Notes under the pieces: model-generated
What the model was told of the DNA's origin: nothing
Database searches by the model: none
What the model saw: the letters and a program-made list of their open reading frames with translations, nothing else
Program-made: the position numbers and the translations under genes
Part shown: piece after piece, positions 8,992 through 18,733 of the stretch
Position numbering within the stretch: position 1 is the stretch's first letter
Layout: each line of letters starts with the position of its first letter
Assembly (NCBI GenBank): GCA_029880325.1
Contig: JAOUOP010000009.1
Location: 57,012-121,011 of the forward strand
DNA: 64,000 nucleotides
Origin: Myxococcales bacterium
GTDB lineage: Bacteria; Myxococcota_A; Polyangia; Polyangiales; JAFGIB01
Direction: 5' to 3'

Positions 8992-9836
8992 AGCGTGGGC
9001 CGAAGCCGCCGCACAACGGCCTCGGTCGAGCGCGCCACCTGGGAGTCGGGAGCGCCGAGCATGTAGGGAGCTCCCAGGGCCACCGCGCGCGTAACGCTCT
9101 CGTCGCGCGGTAGCGAGCCCAGGTAGCTCAGTTCGAGTTCGAGAAAGCGACCAGCGACTTCTTCGAGCCGAGCGAAAACCTCGAAGCCCTGCATGCGATC
9201 GCGGACCTGATTGACCACCACCTGCATCTGCTGCACGCCATTGCGCCGATGCAGCACCTTGGCCATGGCGTAGGCGTCGCGAAAGGCAGTGGGCTCGGGG
9301 GTCACCACCAGAACCACGTCGTCGGCTTCGGCAGCGAAGCTGACGGTGTTGGTACCGAGACCGGCTCCGGTGTCGATGATCACCGCGTCGTACTCGATGG
9401 CCAGTTCGTGAACCGCATCCATCAGGCGCGCCCGGTCGTGGGGAGCCAGGTTCGCCATCTCATAACGGCCGGGGCAGGCCGGCAGGAGGTCGACGCCCTG
9501 GCCACGCACCAACACCTCATCGATGCTCTTGTGGCCCTGCACCAACTTCATCAAGTCGTGGGGCGCTTCCACTCCCAGCGCCAGGTCGAGACTCGCCAGG
9601 CCCAGGTCTGCATCCAGCAGCAGAACGTGATCCCCGAGCTTGGCCATGGCGTGAGCCAGGTTGGCGCTGAGCTGAGTCTTGCCGACTCCTCCCTTGCCGC
9701 TGGTGACAGCGATGGTGCGCGTTCCGTGGCGAGGCGAAGAGCGCCGCGGAGGGCGCGCGCCCTGACTTTTGGTTACCAGCCTGAGGCCCTGGGCCTGGTC
9801 GTTTGCGCGAATCATTGCATCTCCTCCCGCTGGCAC
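8967..9836 (-). CDS. flhG: MinD-type ATPase FlhG (flagellar number regulator)
   Basis: Deviant Walker A VTSGKGGVGKT and the N-terminal DQAQGLR FlhF-activating motif. Confidence 0.88.
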   Translation of the reverse strand: MPAGGDAMIRANDQAQGLRLVTKSQGARPPRRSSPRHGTRTIAVTSGKGGVGKTQLSANLAHAMAKLGDHVLLLDADLGLASLDLALGVEAPHDLMKLVQGHKSIDEVLVRGQGVDLLPACPGRYEMANLAPHDRARLMDAVHELAIEYDAVIIDTGAGLGTNTVSFAAEADDVVLVVTPEPTAFRDAYAMAKVLHRRNGVQQMQVVVNQVRDRMQGFEVFARLEEVAGRFLELELSYLGSLPRDESVTRAVALGAPYMLGAPDSQVARSTEAVVRRLRPTLCPQEDLC

Positions 9837-10780
9837 AGCAGCATCGCGAGGTGGTCGGCGCTGGCCGCTGTCAAATCCTCCGGAACCCTTTGTCCCGTGG
9901 TGAAATAGGTCAGTGGTGCATTGGCTGAAATCTGAGCGCGCGCGATGGAGCCGAAGGTCACGGCCTCATCGAGCTTGGTGGCGATGACGCCAGTCACGCC
10001 CAGTCGAAGGTGGCGCTCGACGACCGCCTCGAGTTCGCGCGCCGGGGTGGCGGTAGCCACACACAGCTGCACCCCGATGGAGCGTCCCCCATCGTGCAGA
10101 AAGTGGGCGAGCTGGCCAAAAGCGTGAAAGTCCTTGGGCGCTCGGCCAGCGGTGTCGATCAGGATGCGGTCGGCATCAGCCAGGCGATCTAGCGCACGCG
10201 ACAGGGAGGCGGCATCGTCGGCCGGCACCATCGGGATGCCAATGAGGTCCGCGTAGTGCTGCAGCTGTTCGGCACCGCCGATGCGGTACTGGTCGAGCGA
10301 AACCAGGCCTACGCGTTCCCCATCGACCAGGGCGGCGACCGCGGCAAGCTTGGCCAATGTGGTGGTCTTGCCAACGCCTGTGGGCCCAACCAGAGCCGTA
10401 ATGCGTGGAAGCTGCAGGCAGCCCGGGTCGCCTGCGGCGAAGTGCAACTCCTCTCCCAGCGCCCGAGCCACGCTCTCGGCCAACATCCGCGGGTGGCGGG
10501 GAACCGCACCGTCGCGTTCACACACTCGGTCCTCCAGCGCTGCAGCGGTCGCGTGGGGCACCCCCTGACTTTCGAGCTTGCGTGCCAGGCTGCCGCGAAA
10601 ACTGCCATCGGCAAGCAACAGCCCTTTTTCCTGAGCGTCAATCTCCGACAGCGCGCGGACCTCGACGCCGCGCGGAGACACCGCCCGTGTGCTCAGAATC
10701 ACGGCACCAGGGCCGAGTTCGCTCTTGATGCGTTCGAGGGCCTGCTCATATTTCGGGGCTCTATAGGTCTGTACGGTCAT
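9812..10780 (-). CDS. flhF: SRP-like GTPase FlhF
   Basis: GPTGVGKTTTLAKLAA, DTAGR and ATKLDE GTPase boxes. The start was moved to ATG 10780 (MTVQTYRAP...), 11 nt after the flhA stop. The track ORF runs to 10921 inside flhA. Confidence 0.85.
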   Translation of the reverse strand: MTVQTYRAPKYEQALERIKSELGPGAVILSTRAVSPRGVEVRALSEIDAQEKGLLLADGSFRGSLARKLESQGVPHATAAALEDRVCERDGAVPRHPRMLAESVARALGEELHFAAGDPGCLQLPRITALVGPTGVGKTTTLAKLAAVAALVDGERVGLVSLDQYRIGGAEQLQHYADLIGIPMVPADDAASLSRALDRLADADRILIDTAGRAPKDFHAFGQLAHFLHDGGRSIGVQLCVATATPARELEAVVERHLRLGVTGVIATKLDEAVTFGSIARAQISANAPLTYFTTGQRVPEDLTAASADHLAMLLCQREEMQ

Positions 10781-10791
10781 CGTCGATGCTC

Positions 10792-12858
10792 CTATGCGCT
10801 GACCACGCCGAGCGTTCGCACCGCGGCCTTGGAGTCGATCTCCGAGTAGGAGACGACCGATAGGCCGGGGATGCGTCGGGTGAGAAATGAGCTGACTGCG
10901 CTGCGCACATCCTGAGCGCACAGCACCACCGGGGGTGTGGTGACGCCACCGAAGGCCCGGGCGGCACCGTCCAGTGACGAGAGGATGCGCTGAGCCGAGC
11001 CGGCATCGGGCCCGTGACCGCGGAATGCGTCCTCCGCGTTGGGATCGAGCACCAGAGCAGCGACCTGGCCGAAGTCATCCTTGAAACGCGCTGTAATTGC
11101 GCGCTTGAGCCTGCGCCGCACGTACTCGGTCAAGAGCTGCGGGTCCTTCGTGTCGCGACCCTGGTCGGCCAGCGCCTCGAGGATAGTGCGCATGTCGCGA
11201 ATCGGCACCGACTCCTCGAGCAGCCTTCTAAGCACCTGGATCACCTCGCCCAGACTGAGCACACCCGGAATCAACTCATCGACAAGGCGGGGCTCGCGCT
11301 GAGCGAAGATGTCGAGTAGCTCCTGAGCCTCTCCCCGACCGAGCAGCTCCGGTGCCACCGAGCGCAACATCTCCGTGAGGTGGGTAGCGGCCACCGTCGG
11401 GGCATCGACGACGGTATAGCCATAGGCTTCGGCCGTGGCCCGATCGCTGATCCCGATCCAGCGCGCCGGCAGCCCAAATGCCGGCTCTTCCACCTGCTCG
11501 CCCTCGACCACCGGCAGCGTACCGGTGGGATCCATGGCCAGAAAGCGACCCACGCGAAGACTGCCGGAGCCCACCTCGTTGCCGCTGACCAAAAGTCGGT
11601 AGTCACCCGGAGCCAGCCTCAGGTTGTCGCGGATGTGTACCGGCGGAATGATGAGGCCGAGCTCGGCAGCCAGGTTCTTGCGGATGGCGCTGACGCGCTC
11701 GACCAGCTCCCCGCCCTTTTGGGCGTCTACCAGCGGCACCAGGTCGAAGCCGACCTCGAGTTCGAGCAGGTCGACAGGAATCATCCCCTCGATGCGCTGG
11801 CGCTCCTGCTCCTCGGGCGTCGCCTCGCTCTCGGCCTCGGCCGCCGCACGGTTGATCTGGTTTGCTCCGGAGGCCAGGCGCGCCGCCAGGGCCAGCACCC
11901 CGGCGAGCGTCAGGAAGGGCAGCGCCGGCATCGAGGGCAGAAGGCCAATGGCGGCGACCAGAGCCGCGGCCATCATCAGCGCATCGCGCCGAGCACCGAG
12001 CTGCTCGACCATCACCGGCGCCAGCGCCGCGCCGGCGGCGGCCCGCGTGACCACCACACCGGCGGCCGTCGAGACCAGCAGCGCCGGGATCTGCGACGCG
12101 AGGCCATCGCCCACCGTCAAAACCGTATAGCGGGCGGCTGCGTCGCCGGCACTCATGTCCTGCTGGGCAACGCCGACGATGAAGCCCACCACGATATTGA
12201 TGCTGGTCATCAAGAGCCCAGCGATGGCGTCGCCGCGCACGAACTTTGAGGCACCGTCCATGGCGCCGAAGAAATCGCTCTCCTGCTCGACCTCCTTGCG
12301 CTTGACGTTGGCTTGCTCCTGGGTCAAGGCGCCAGCGTTGACGTCGGCGTCGATGCTCATCTGCTTGCCCGGCAACGCATCGAGGGTGAAGCGGGCGCTG
12401 ACCTCGGCCACGCGGCCGGCGCCCTTGCTGATGACAATGAAGTTGATGATGACCAGCAGAAGGAAGATCGTGCCGCCAACCACGTAGTTGCCGCCGATCA
12501 AGAGCTCGCCGAAGGCGTGCACCACGTTTCCGGCGGCCGCGGGCCCCTCGGCGCCACGCAACAGAATCAGCCGCGTCGAGGCCACGTTCAGCGAAAGCCG
12601 AAGCAGCGTGCCGAAGAGCAAAATGGCGGGAAATGCCGACAGATCCAGGGGGCGCTCGATCTGAATGGCGATCAGGAGTAACGCCACCGACATGGCGATG
12701 GAAGTCGCCAGCAGGAGATCGAGGATCGGCGCCGGCAGCGGAATCACCATCAGCAGCACGATGCCGACGAGAATCAACGGCACGGCGCCTTCGATCGTGC
12801 GGCTCAGGCTGCCGAAGACCGAAAGCGACACCTTGGCGCCAGGAAGTATGGGCGTCAT
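10792..12858 (-). CDS. flhA: Flagellar export gate protein FlhA
   Basis: 688 aa. Multi-TM N-terminus with FHIPEP-type core (VAEVSARFTLDALPGKQMSIDAD) and a large cytoplasmic C-domain. Confidence 0.95.
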   Translation of the reverse strand: MTPILPGAKVSLSVFGSLSRTIEGAVPLILVGIVLLMVIPLPAPILDLLLATSIAMSVALLLIAIQIERPLDLSAFPAILLFGTLLRLSLNVASTRLILLRGAEGPAAAGNVVHAFGELLIGGNYVVGGTIFLLLVIINFIVISKGAGRVAEVSARFTLDALPGKQMSIDADVNAGALTQEQANVKRKEVEQESDFFGAMDGASKFVRGDAIAGLLMTSINIVVGFIVGVAQQDMSAGDAAARYTVLTVGDGLASQIPALLVSTAAGVVVTRAAAGAALAPVMVEQLGARRDALMMAAALVAAIGLLPSMPALPFLTLAGVLALAARLASGANQINRAAAEAESEATPEEQERQRIEGMIPVDLLELEVGFDLVPLVDAQKGGELVERVSAIRKNLAAELGLIIPPVHIRDNLRLAPGDYRLLVSGNEVGSGSLRVGRFLAMDPTGTLPVVEGEQVEEPAFGLPARWIGISDRATAEAYGYTVVDAPTVAATHLTEMLRSVAPELLGRGEAQELLDIFAQREPRLVDELIPGVLSLGEVIQVLRRLLEESVPIRDMRTILEALADQGRDTKDPQLLTEYVRRRLKRAITARFKDDFGQVAALVLDPNAEDAFRGHGPDAGSAQRILSSLDGAARAFGGVTTPPVVLCAQDVRSAVSSFLTRRIPGLSVVSYSEIDSKAAVRTLGVVSA

Positions 12859-13916
12859 ACCGGTGCTCCCATGGATCGGCGGCTACCGCCACCGAGCTGC
12901 ATCACCTGGGCGATAATCACCGCCACGGCGCGGAAGTGCTCGGCGGGGATCGGGCGACCGGGCTTGCACTCGGCGTACAGCGCGCGGGCCAGCGGGCGGT
13001 TTTCCACCATGGGAACCCCATGGCGACGCGCCTCGCGCTTGAGCCGCTTGGCGACTTCGTCGGCGCCCTTGGTCAGCACCATGGGCGCGGCATCGAGCTC
13101 GGGCTCGTAGCGCAGGGCGATGGCGAAATGGGTGGGGTTGGTCACCATCACGGTCGCGTCGGCGACCTGGCCGAAGGCGCCGGTGGCGATCTCACGCATG
13201 ATCTGACGGCGGCGCATCTTGATCTCCGGACGCCCCTCCTCCTGCTTCATCTCGTCCTTGAGTTGCTGGCGCGACATCTTCGACTCCTCGGCGAAGCGGC
13301 GGTGCGCCAGGAAGTAGTCGAAGGCGGCCAGCAGTACGAAGGCGACGCCACCGTGAAGCGCCAGCTTCATGGCCGCTTCACCCACGGTCGCAGCACCCAT
13401 GGAAAGCTCGGTGGCCGCCAGCACGGAGAAGTCCTGGGCCACATTGCGCACCACACGCCAGACCACGAAGCCAATCGCGATCAGCTTGAGCAGCTGCTTG
13501 AAGAGCTCGAGCGCCGACTCCTTGCCGGGCAGGAGCTTTTTGAGCTGGGGCATCGGGTCGAGGCGCTCGAACTTGAAGGCCGCCAGCTTGAGCGAAAACA
13601 GCCTCGTCTGAGCGACGCCCACCGCCATGGCGATGACGCTGGCCGCCATGATCGGCGCGGCCACAAGCCGCAGGACCGACGCCAGGGGCTCGATGGCCTG
13701 GGGCAGGCGCTGGGCGTCGGCCAGGCGGAAGCTGCGCTCGGCGAAGACCAGCAAGCGCTCGACGATATCGCCGCCCAGGAGCACCAGGCTCAGCACGACA
13801 GCCAAGACCACGGCAGCCGAACCCACATCAGCACTGCGGGCGACCTGGCCCTCTTCGCGCAGCTGCTCCTTGTGGCGTGGAGTTGCCTCCTCTGTCCGCT
13901 GCTCCTTGTCCTCCAT
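12855..13916 (-). CDS. flhB: Flagellar export switch protein FlhB
   Basis: 353 aa. Contains the NPTH autocleavage site (VMVTNPTHFAIALRY). Confidence 0.93.
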   Translation of the reverse strand: MEDKEQRTEEATPRHKEQLREEGQVARSADVGSAAVVLAVVLSLVLLGGDIVERLLVFAERSFRLADAQRLPQAIEPLASVLRLVAAPIMAASVIAMAVGVAQTRLFSLKLAAFKFERLDPMPQLKKLLPGKESALELFKQLLKLIAIGFVVWRVVRNVAQDFSVLAATELSMGAATVGEAAMKLALHGGVAFVLLAAFDYFLAHRRFAEESKMSRQQLKDEMKQEEGRPEIKMRRRQIMREIATGAFGQVADATVMVTNPTHFAIALRYEPELDAAPMVLTKGADEVAKRLKREARRHGVPMVENRPLARALYAECKPGRPIPAEHFRAVAVIIAQVMQLGGGSRRSMGAPV

Positions 13917-14692
13917 CAGCGCACTCCCAGCACGTCGGCCAGGGCCGAGGGCAGACCACGCACGGCGATGCCGATGGCGCGGGCAATCGTGGGGGCGGCG
14001 GCGAAGAGCGAGAGAAGGCCGATGGTCACGGCCACCGCGAATGTCAGCGAGAAGAGCTGCACGCGCGGAGCGGCCCGCGCCACCAGGGCGGTACCGAGTT
14101 GAACGATGAACATCGTGGCGACCACGGGAGCTGCAATCTGCAGGCCCCGTGCCAGCATTGAAGAGCCCACCCCGAGCGCCGCCTCGCTGGCGAAAACCTC
14201 CATCACCGCCCCCGGCGGCGCCAGCTGCAAACTGGTCACAATCGCGCCCACGACGGCGTGATGTCCCTCAAAAACCAGGAAAATTAGGGCCCCGAAGTAT
14301 CCCAACAGGCGCGTGGTGGGCAGTGTGGCTTCACCCAGAGTGGGGTCGACGCTGGTGGCGAAACCCAGGCCCATGGAAAAGCCCGCCACCGTTCCGGCGA
14401 TCTCGACCGCTGCCAACGTGACGCGCACCGTCAGCCCGATGACGGAACCCACCATGATTTCCCCCAGACCAGCGCCCACAAGCAGCAGCGGTTCATGGCT
14501 TGCGGGCGGCGCCAGATCGAGCGGCAGCGCCGTGGCCCCCGCGATCCACAGGGTCAGCACAGCACGTATGCTGATCGGCGTCATGGTGCTGAAAGGTGGT
14601 GGCATCAGCGCCAAAATCACCCCCACTCTGAGTGAAACAAGGAATACCAGGGGCAGCGCAGTCGCGGCCGCCGCCTCGAGCGCCCCGCTCAT
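13916..14692 (-). CDS. fliR: Flagellar export protein FliR
   Basis: 258-aa polytopic membrane protein between fliQ and flhB. Confidence 0.88.
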   Translation of the reverse strand: MSGALEAAAATALPLVFLVSLRVGVILALMPPPFSTMTPISIRAVLTLWIAGATALPLDLAPPASHEPLLLVGAGLGEIMVGSVIGLTVRVTLAAVEIAGTVAGFSMGLGFATSVDPTLGEATLPTTRLLGYFGALIFLVFEGHHAVVGAIVTSLQLAPPGAVMEVFASEAALGVGSSMLARGLQIAAPVVATMFIVQLGTALVARAAPRVQLFSLTFAVAVTIGLLSLFAAAPTIARAIGIAVRGLPSALADVLGVR

Positions 14693-14958
14693 GGCCCCAT
14701 GGTGCCGAGGGCCGTGAGGATGCCGACGGTGAACTCGCTCAGCTGCGTCAACATCCAGGGCCCGGCCGCCCCCAGCGTAGCCACCGCGGCGAGCGCCTTG
14801 GGCCCAAAGGCCACCGCCTGGTCATTGACCTGGGTGGCGGCCTGCAAGATCGCCAACAAAAGGCCCACCACCAGCACCACCAGCACCGTGGGGCCGGCCA
14901 CCATCATCGCCGTGAACAGCGCCTGGCGAAACCAGTCCAGCGCATAGGACGCGGTCAC
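14689..14958 (-). CDS. fliQ: Flagellar export protein FliQ
   Basis: 89 aa with two TM segments, located between fliP and fliR. Confidence 0.88.
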   Translation of the reverse strand: MTASYALDWFRQALFTAMMVAGPTVLVVLVVGLLLAILQAATQVNDQAVAFGPKALAAVATLGAAGPWMLTQLSEFTVGILTALGTMGP

Positions 14959-15761
14959 AGAAAGCTCCCCACCAGCGAGCGCGTCAAAAGTGCCCAGCCG
15001 TCAACCACCACGAAGAGCAAGAGCTTCAGCGGCGTCGACAACATTGTCGGCGGCAGCATCACCATGCCCATGGCGGTGAGGATCGAAGCGACGATCATGT
15101 CGATGAGCACGAAGGGAAGAAAGAGCAGGAAGCCCATCTCAAAACCCGTGCGCAGCTCGGAAATCATGAAGGCCGGCACCAGGAGATGCAGCAGCACGTC
15201 GTTGGCCTGCTGCGGCGACTCGGTGCGACTGACCTCGTAGAAGAGCAAGAGGTCGGCCTCGCGCGTGTGCTTCAGCAGAAACTCGCGGGCGATGGCGCCG
15301 GCCCGCTCGAAGGCCTGGGACTCGTCGATTTGCTTTTCGGTATAGGGCTCGAAAGCTTCGACGTTCATCTTCTGGGCAACCGGCGCCATCACCACGCCGG
15401 TCAGAAAGAGCGACAGCGCCATCACCACCTGCATCGGTGGCACGTTTTGGGTACCCACGGCCTGGCGCACGAAGGACAGCACGATCACGATTCGCGTGAA
15501 CGAGGTCATCGTGATCAAAATACCCGGCGCCAATGAAAGCACCGTGAGCAGCAGCAGCACCTTAAGCGCCGGAACCACCTGCTCTGGACCCTCGGGGTGG
15601 GTAAGGCTGATATTGAGTTGGGGAATCTGGGACTGCGCCAGACACAGCCCGGGCGCAAGCCACAGGCCCAGCGCAAGCAGCGAAAAAGCGATGCGACGGA
15701 AGAGGTCCGGGAAGCGGCGCATCCACAGACCTCGGCTCGGCTGCTTGCCCATGACCGTCAC
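14955..15761 (-). CDS. fliP: Flagellar export protein FliP
   Basis: Signal/TM segment, then LLLLTVLSLAPGILITMTSFTRIVIVLSFVRQAVGTQ, the FliP signature region. Confidence 0.93.
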   Translation of the reverse strand: MTVMGKQPSRGLWMRRFPDLFRRIAFSLLALGLWLAPGLCLAQSQIPQLNISLTHPEGPEQVVPALKVLLLLTVLSLAPGILITMTSFTRIVIVLSFVRQAVGTQNVPPMQVVMALSLFLTGVVMAPVAQKMNVEAFEPYTEKQIDESQAFERAGAIAREFLLKHTREADLLLFYEVSRTESPQQANDVLLHLLVPAFMISELRTGFEMGFLLFLPFVLIDMIVASILTAMGMVMLPPTMLSTPLKLLLFVVVDGWALLTRSLVGSFL

Positions 15762-16895
15762 CTAGCTCGCAGCGCGATTGCGCAAGCGCAGAAGGCCCGC
15801 AACCGACTCAGAGGCAACCGGATGAGAACCCGAGCGACGCCCCTGGGGCGCGGACTCCGCCTCGCGCTCGGCGCGCTTGGCCATCAAACTGCCGAGCTGG
15901 GCCCCGAAGGACGAAGCGCTCGACTCGCCGACACCACGGGAGCGCTCGTCGGAGTGCATTCCGCGATGTGCCTCGAGCAAGGACAGGCCCGCAGCCTGGT
16001 CGCCACCACTGCTGGCCACCGACGCAATGTGTTCGGTGCGGCCGGCTTGCACGCTCAGCAGGTGGTCTTCGCCAAGCGCACGCACGAGCAGGAGTTGATG
16101 ACGCGGGCCCAGACGACGGGCGCCGAGCACGGTGATCGGCGGCGCAGGCTGAGCCTGACGCTTGCGGCGGACCACGAGCTGCAGACCGGCGTAGATCATG
16201 CCAAGCAGCAGCGACGCCAATAGCAAGAGACCTGCGTTGAACCCGCGGCCCGAGGCAGTTTCGGCGTCGGATGCGCTCTGCGAGCCCAAGCCGGATAGGG
16301 CCGAACCATTTTTACGGCCGAGGGTATCCGAAAGCGCTTCGGTGTCGGTCGAAGCCGGCTCGTCCGCTACGGCCCCCTGCTGCTGGGGTGGCGTCGGCGC
16401 AGCTGTGGCGGCCGCGGGTTCGGCCTTGGTTGCGGCACCCACGCGCGCCTCGGCCTCGACCGCGCGGGCGGCCGAACGGGCGCTGAGGCCGGGCATGGTG
16501 CGCTCGCTGCGCTCTATCAAGACGCGCGCGCGATTGCCGTCGCGCACCACCTGCACCGCCTGGGCGTCGAGAACGACGCCCTTCCCCGCCGTCAGCATCA
16601 GCAGACTGCTGCGCTCGGCACCGGGACGCAGGGTCGCGGCGGTGATGAGTTCACCGTCGGTCGGAAGCCTCATGCGCACGTCCTCGTCGATGCCGGGGAA
16701 CCAGATGCGCACCCTGCGCTCAGCCACACGAATCCGCGGTGCACCAATGGCGGCACTGGTGTGCAATAAAACCTCGGCGTGATCGGCGGAGAGCGAATAG
16801 GCCGCATCGGTGATGCGTTCGGCGCGCGCCTCGCCAGCACCCAGCAGCGGCGCCGTACACAGGGCCATCGACAGGACTTCGACGCGTCGCATCAC
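15762..16895 (-). CDS. fliO: Extended FliO-like protein with an N-terminal periplasmic (AMIN-like?) domain
   Basis: 377 aa. Signal peptide and a roughly 120-aa beta-rich domain, then an Ala/Pro-rich linker. A TM segment LLLLASLLLGMIYAGLQLVV and ITVLGARRLGPRHQLLLVRALGEDHLLSV (FliO core) follow. Located between fliN and fliP. Confidence 0.7.
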   Translation of the reverse strand: MMRRVEVLSMALCTAPLLGAGEARAERITDAAYSLSADHAEVLLHTSAAIGAPRIRVAERRVRIWFPGIDEDVRMRLPTDGELITAATLRPGAERSSLLMLTAGKGVVLDAQAVQVVRDGNRARVLIERSERTMPGLSARSAARAVEAEARVGAATKAEPAAATAAPTPPQQQGAVADEPASTDTEALSDTLGRKNGSALSGLGSQSASDAETASGRGFNAGLLLLASLLLGMIYAGLQLVVRRKRQAQPAPPITVLGARRLGPRHQLLLVRALGEDHLLSVQAGRTEHIASVASSGGDQAAGLSLLEAHRGMHSDERSRGVGESSASSFGAQLGSLMAKRAEREAESAPQGRRSGSHPVASESVAGLLRLRNRAAS

Positions 16896-17248
16896 AGACC
16901 TCCGCCGGACTGCCCCAAACGCCGAACGCGCTCGTCCGGAGCGACGATGTCGGTGACGCGCACCCCGTAGCGCTCACCCACGACGACCGCCTCACCGTGG
17001 GCGATCAACGTCTCATTGGCGAAAATCTGCAGCGGCGCCCCAGCCGGCTTGTCGAGTTCGACTACCGAGCCCTCACCCACTTCCAGCAGTTCACTGACGC
17101 GCATGCGCCGTCCACCAAGCTGCACGTGCAGCACAAGGGGCACATCGAGTATGCGCTCCACATCGCCCAGGCTGCGCCCGCCGCCGGCAAGCCCACCGCC
17201 GAAAGAGGCCGCCAATGCCTCCATGCCCATATCGTCATCCTGTGTCAT
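16892..17248 (-). CDS. fliN: Flagellar C-ring protein FliN
   Basis: SpoA domain: LDVPLVLHVQLGGRRMRVSELLEVGEGSVVELDKPAGAPLQIFANETLIAHGEAVVV. Confidence 0.92.
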   Translation of the reverse strand: MTQDDDMGMEALAASFGGGLAGGGRSLGDVERILDVPLVLHVQLGGRRMRVSELLEVGEGSVVELDKPAGAPLQIFANETLIAHGEAVVVGERYGVRVTDIVAPDERVRRLGQSGGGL

Positions 17249-18213
17249 GCGTTCCTCACCTGTGGTGTCGCCGAAACTTCGATCGCCAAATTTCCATGCA
17301 GAATCACGGGGGCGCCCAATGCCACCGTGGTGTCGTCGATACGCAGCTCGAGGGGCACTTCGGGCGCCTTGTCGAGCCGAATGATGTCGCCCTTGCGAAG
17401 CATCAAGACGTCGCGCAGGGTGACGTCGGTCTGGCCGAGCACGGCGACCATGTCGACCATGGCCTCGCGCAAGCGCGCGCAGAGCCTCTCTTGGTCACCG
17501 GGCGTGCTGCGGTGCTTGCGCGGCTTGTGTCGCGGTAAAGTGTCGCGCACAGCTCCGGCCGATAGCGCCAGCATGACTTGCTCGCTGATCAAAGGCGTCA
17601 GCGCCACGCGCAACGAAACCTGCAGCATCGGCTCGAACTGCGTGAGCGCTGGCAGGTTGGTCATGTCAGTGAGAATTTCCTCGGGCGTGAGCGCCTTGGG
17701 GTCGTCGCACCAGGGCTCAGCGAAGGCTTCGACCAGCGCGACCAGCAGCGGAAGCAAGATGCGCCGATCGAGAGTGCTCAGTTCCGTGCGCGGCGGAGCC
17801 TTCTCCTCCTCGTCGAGACGCAACGGTGCGCCCAGGCGGCGATTGAGATAGAAGCTCACCAAGAGCGGCCCCAGAACCAGCAGTGCCGAACTCCCTCCGC
17901 GGGTGCTGATCGACAGCACCGCCGAACCGGGCTCGATGCTGTTTTTCACTACCTTGTAGGGCACGATTTCGGCGGGCTGTTCTTCACTGCTGGTCGAGAA
18001 GTTGGCCAGGCGCAAAAAGAAGCGGTCGGTGTGCTCGGCCAGGATTCGCGAGACGCCGTCAGCCTTGGAGAGGGAGTCACGTAGACGCCGCTCGGGGGAG
18101 GTGAGGTCAGCTTCGTCGACCGGCTCCTCACCCTCCATGCCAACGCGCAGGGCGTCGAGCAGGGCCGTGGTCTCTTCCGCCGATAGCAGCGGCTCGTTCG
18201 CGTCACCGCTCAT
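17245..18213 (-). CDS. fliM: Flagellar C-ring protein FliM
   Basis: 322 aa. N-terminal LLSAEETTALLDAL (CheY-P docking-type motif), a middle FliM domain and a C-terminal SpoA-like part. Confidence 0.9.
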   Translation of the reverse strand: MSGDANEPLLSAEETTALLDALRVGMEGEEPVDEADLTSPERRLRDSLSKADGVSRILAEHTDRFFLRLANFSTSSEEQPAEIVPYKVVKNSIEPGSAVLSISTRGGSSALLVLGPLLVSFYLNRRLGAPLRLDEEEKAPPRTELSTLDRRILLPLLVALVEAFAEPWCDDPKALTPEEILTDMTNLPALTQFEPMLQVSLRVALTPLISEQVMLALSAGAVRDTLPRHKPRKHRSTPGDQERLCARLREAMVDMVAVLGQTDVTLRDVLMLRKGDIIRLDKAPEVPLELRIDDTTVALGAPVILHGNLAIEVSATPQVRNA

Positions 18214-18704
18214 TGCACCACGAACTCGGTGAAGTAGATGCGCTTGATGACACCCTCGCCAACGACGCCGGCCAACTTGTTCTCGAGTTCCTCACGCATG
18301 GCGACCTTGTTTTCGACGCCAACGGTCTGCTGAACCCCGATGCCCGAGAAATAGAAAAGAGCCTGATCCCGCAAGGGAACCAGGCTCTCGTTGATCTGCT
18401 TTTCTGCTTGTTCGTTCTTGGCTTCGATTCTCAGTGAGACCTTGATGTAGCGACCGGCATCGGGGTCGGAGAGATTGGCCACGATGGGACGCATCTCGAC
18501 CAGCGGCCCGAAACTGGGGCCCTTGGCCTCCGAAACACCCGCATCACTGGCCCCACCGCCACCCCCGCCCGCGGCGCCGACGCGGTCCGTGCTGACCACG
18601 AAATAGCCAAGCCCCGCAAGGCCCAGCAGGTTGACCACGGCGAGCAAGACGACCAGGAGCCCGCTCTTGCCACGTTTTGTAGGTGTCTCGGCTTCCTTTT
18701 CCAT
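18210..18704 (-). CDS. fliL: Flagellar basal-body protein FliL
   Basis: 164 aa with a single TM. RYIKVSLRIEAKNEQAEKQINESLVPLRDQALFYF is the typical FliL core. Confidence 0.88.
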   Translation of the reverse strand: MEKEAETPTKRGKSGLLVVLLAVVNLLGLAGLGYFVVSTDRVGAAGGGGGGASDAGVSEAKGPSFGPLVEMRPIVANLSDPDAGRYIKVSLRIEAKNEQAEKQINESLVPLRDQALFYFSGIGVQQTVGVENKVAMREELENKLAGVVGEGVIKRIYFTEFVVQ

Positions 18705-18718
18705 GACTCTTCAGAAGA

Positions 18719-18733
18719 GCACGTCCCGTGCCA
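18719..18733 (-). promoter_or_regulatory. Candidate sigma54 -24/-12 promoter upstream of fliL
   Basis: Minus strand reads TGGCACGGGACGTGC (GG-N10-GC), followed by a 14-nt spacer (tcttctgaagagtc) to ATG 18704. Confidence 0.6.

Noticed and set aside
12633-14102. Long plus-strand ORF (489 aa). Similar shadow ORFs include 11603..12892(-), 11380..12249(+), 22044..23579(+), 18711..19949(-), 56696..58093(-), 60169..61272(-), 61293..63038(+), 43092..43940(-) and 32353..33828(+).
   Set aside because: They overlap strongly supported genes (flhA/flhB, fliI, flgE, REC-REC-STAS and others) in other frames or strands. Their products are Arg/Pro/Gly/Ala-rich and of low complexity, with no motifs. This is typical of open alternative frames in high-GC DNA.
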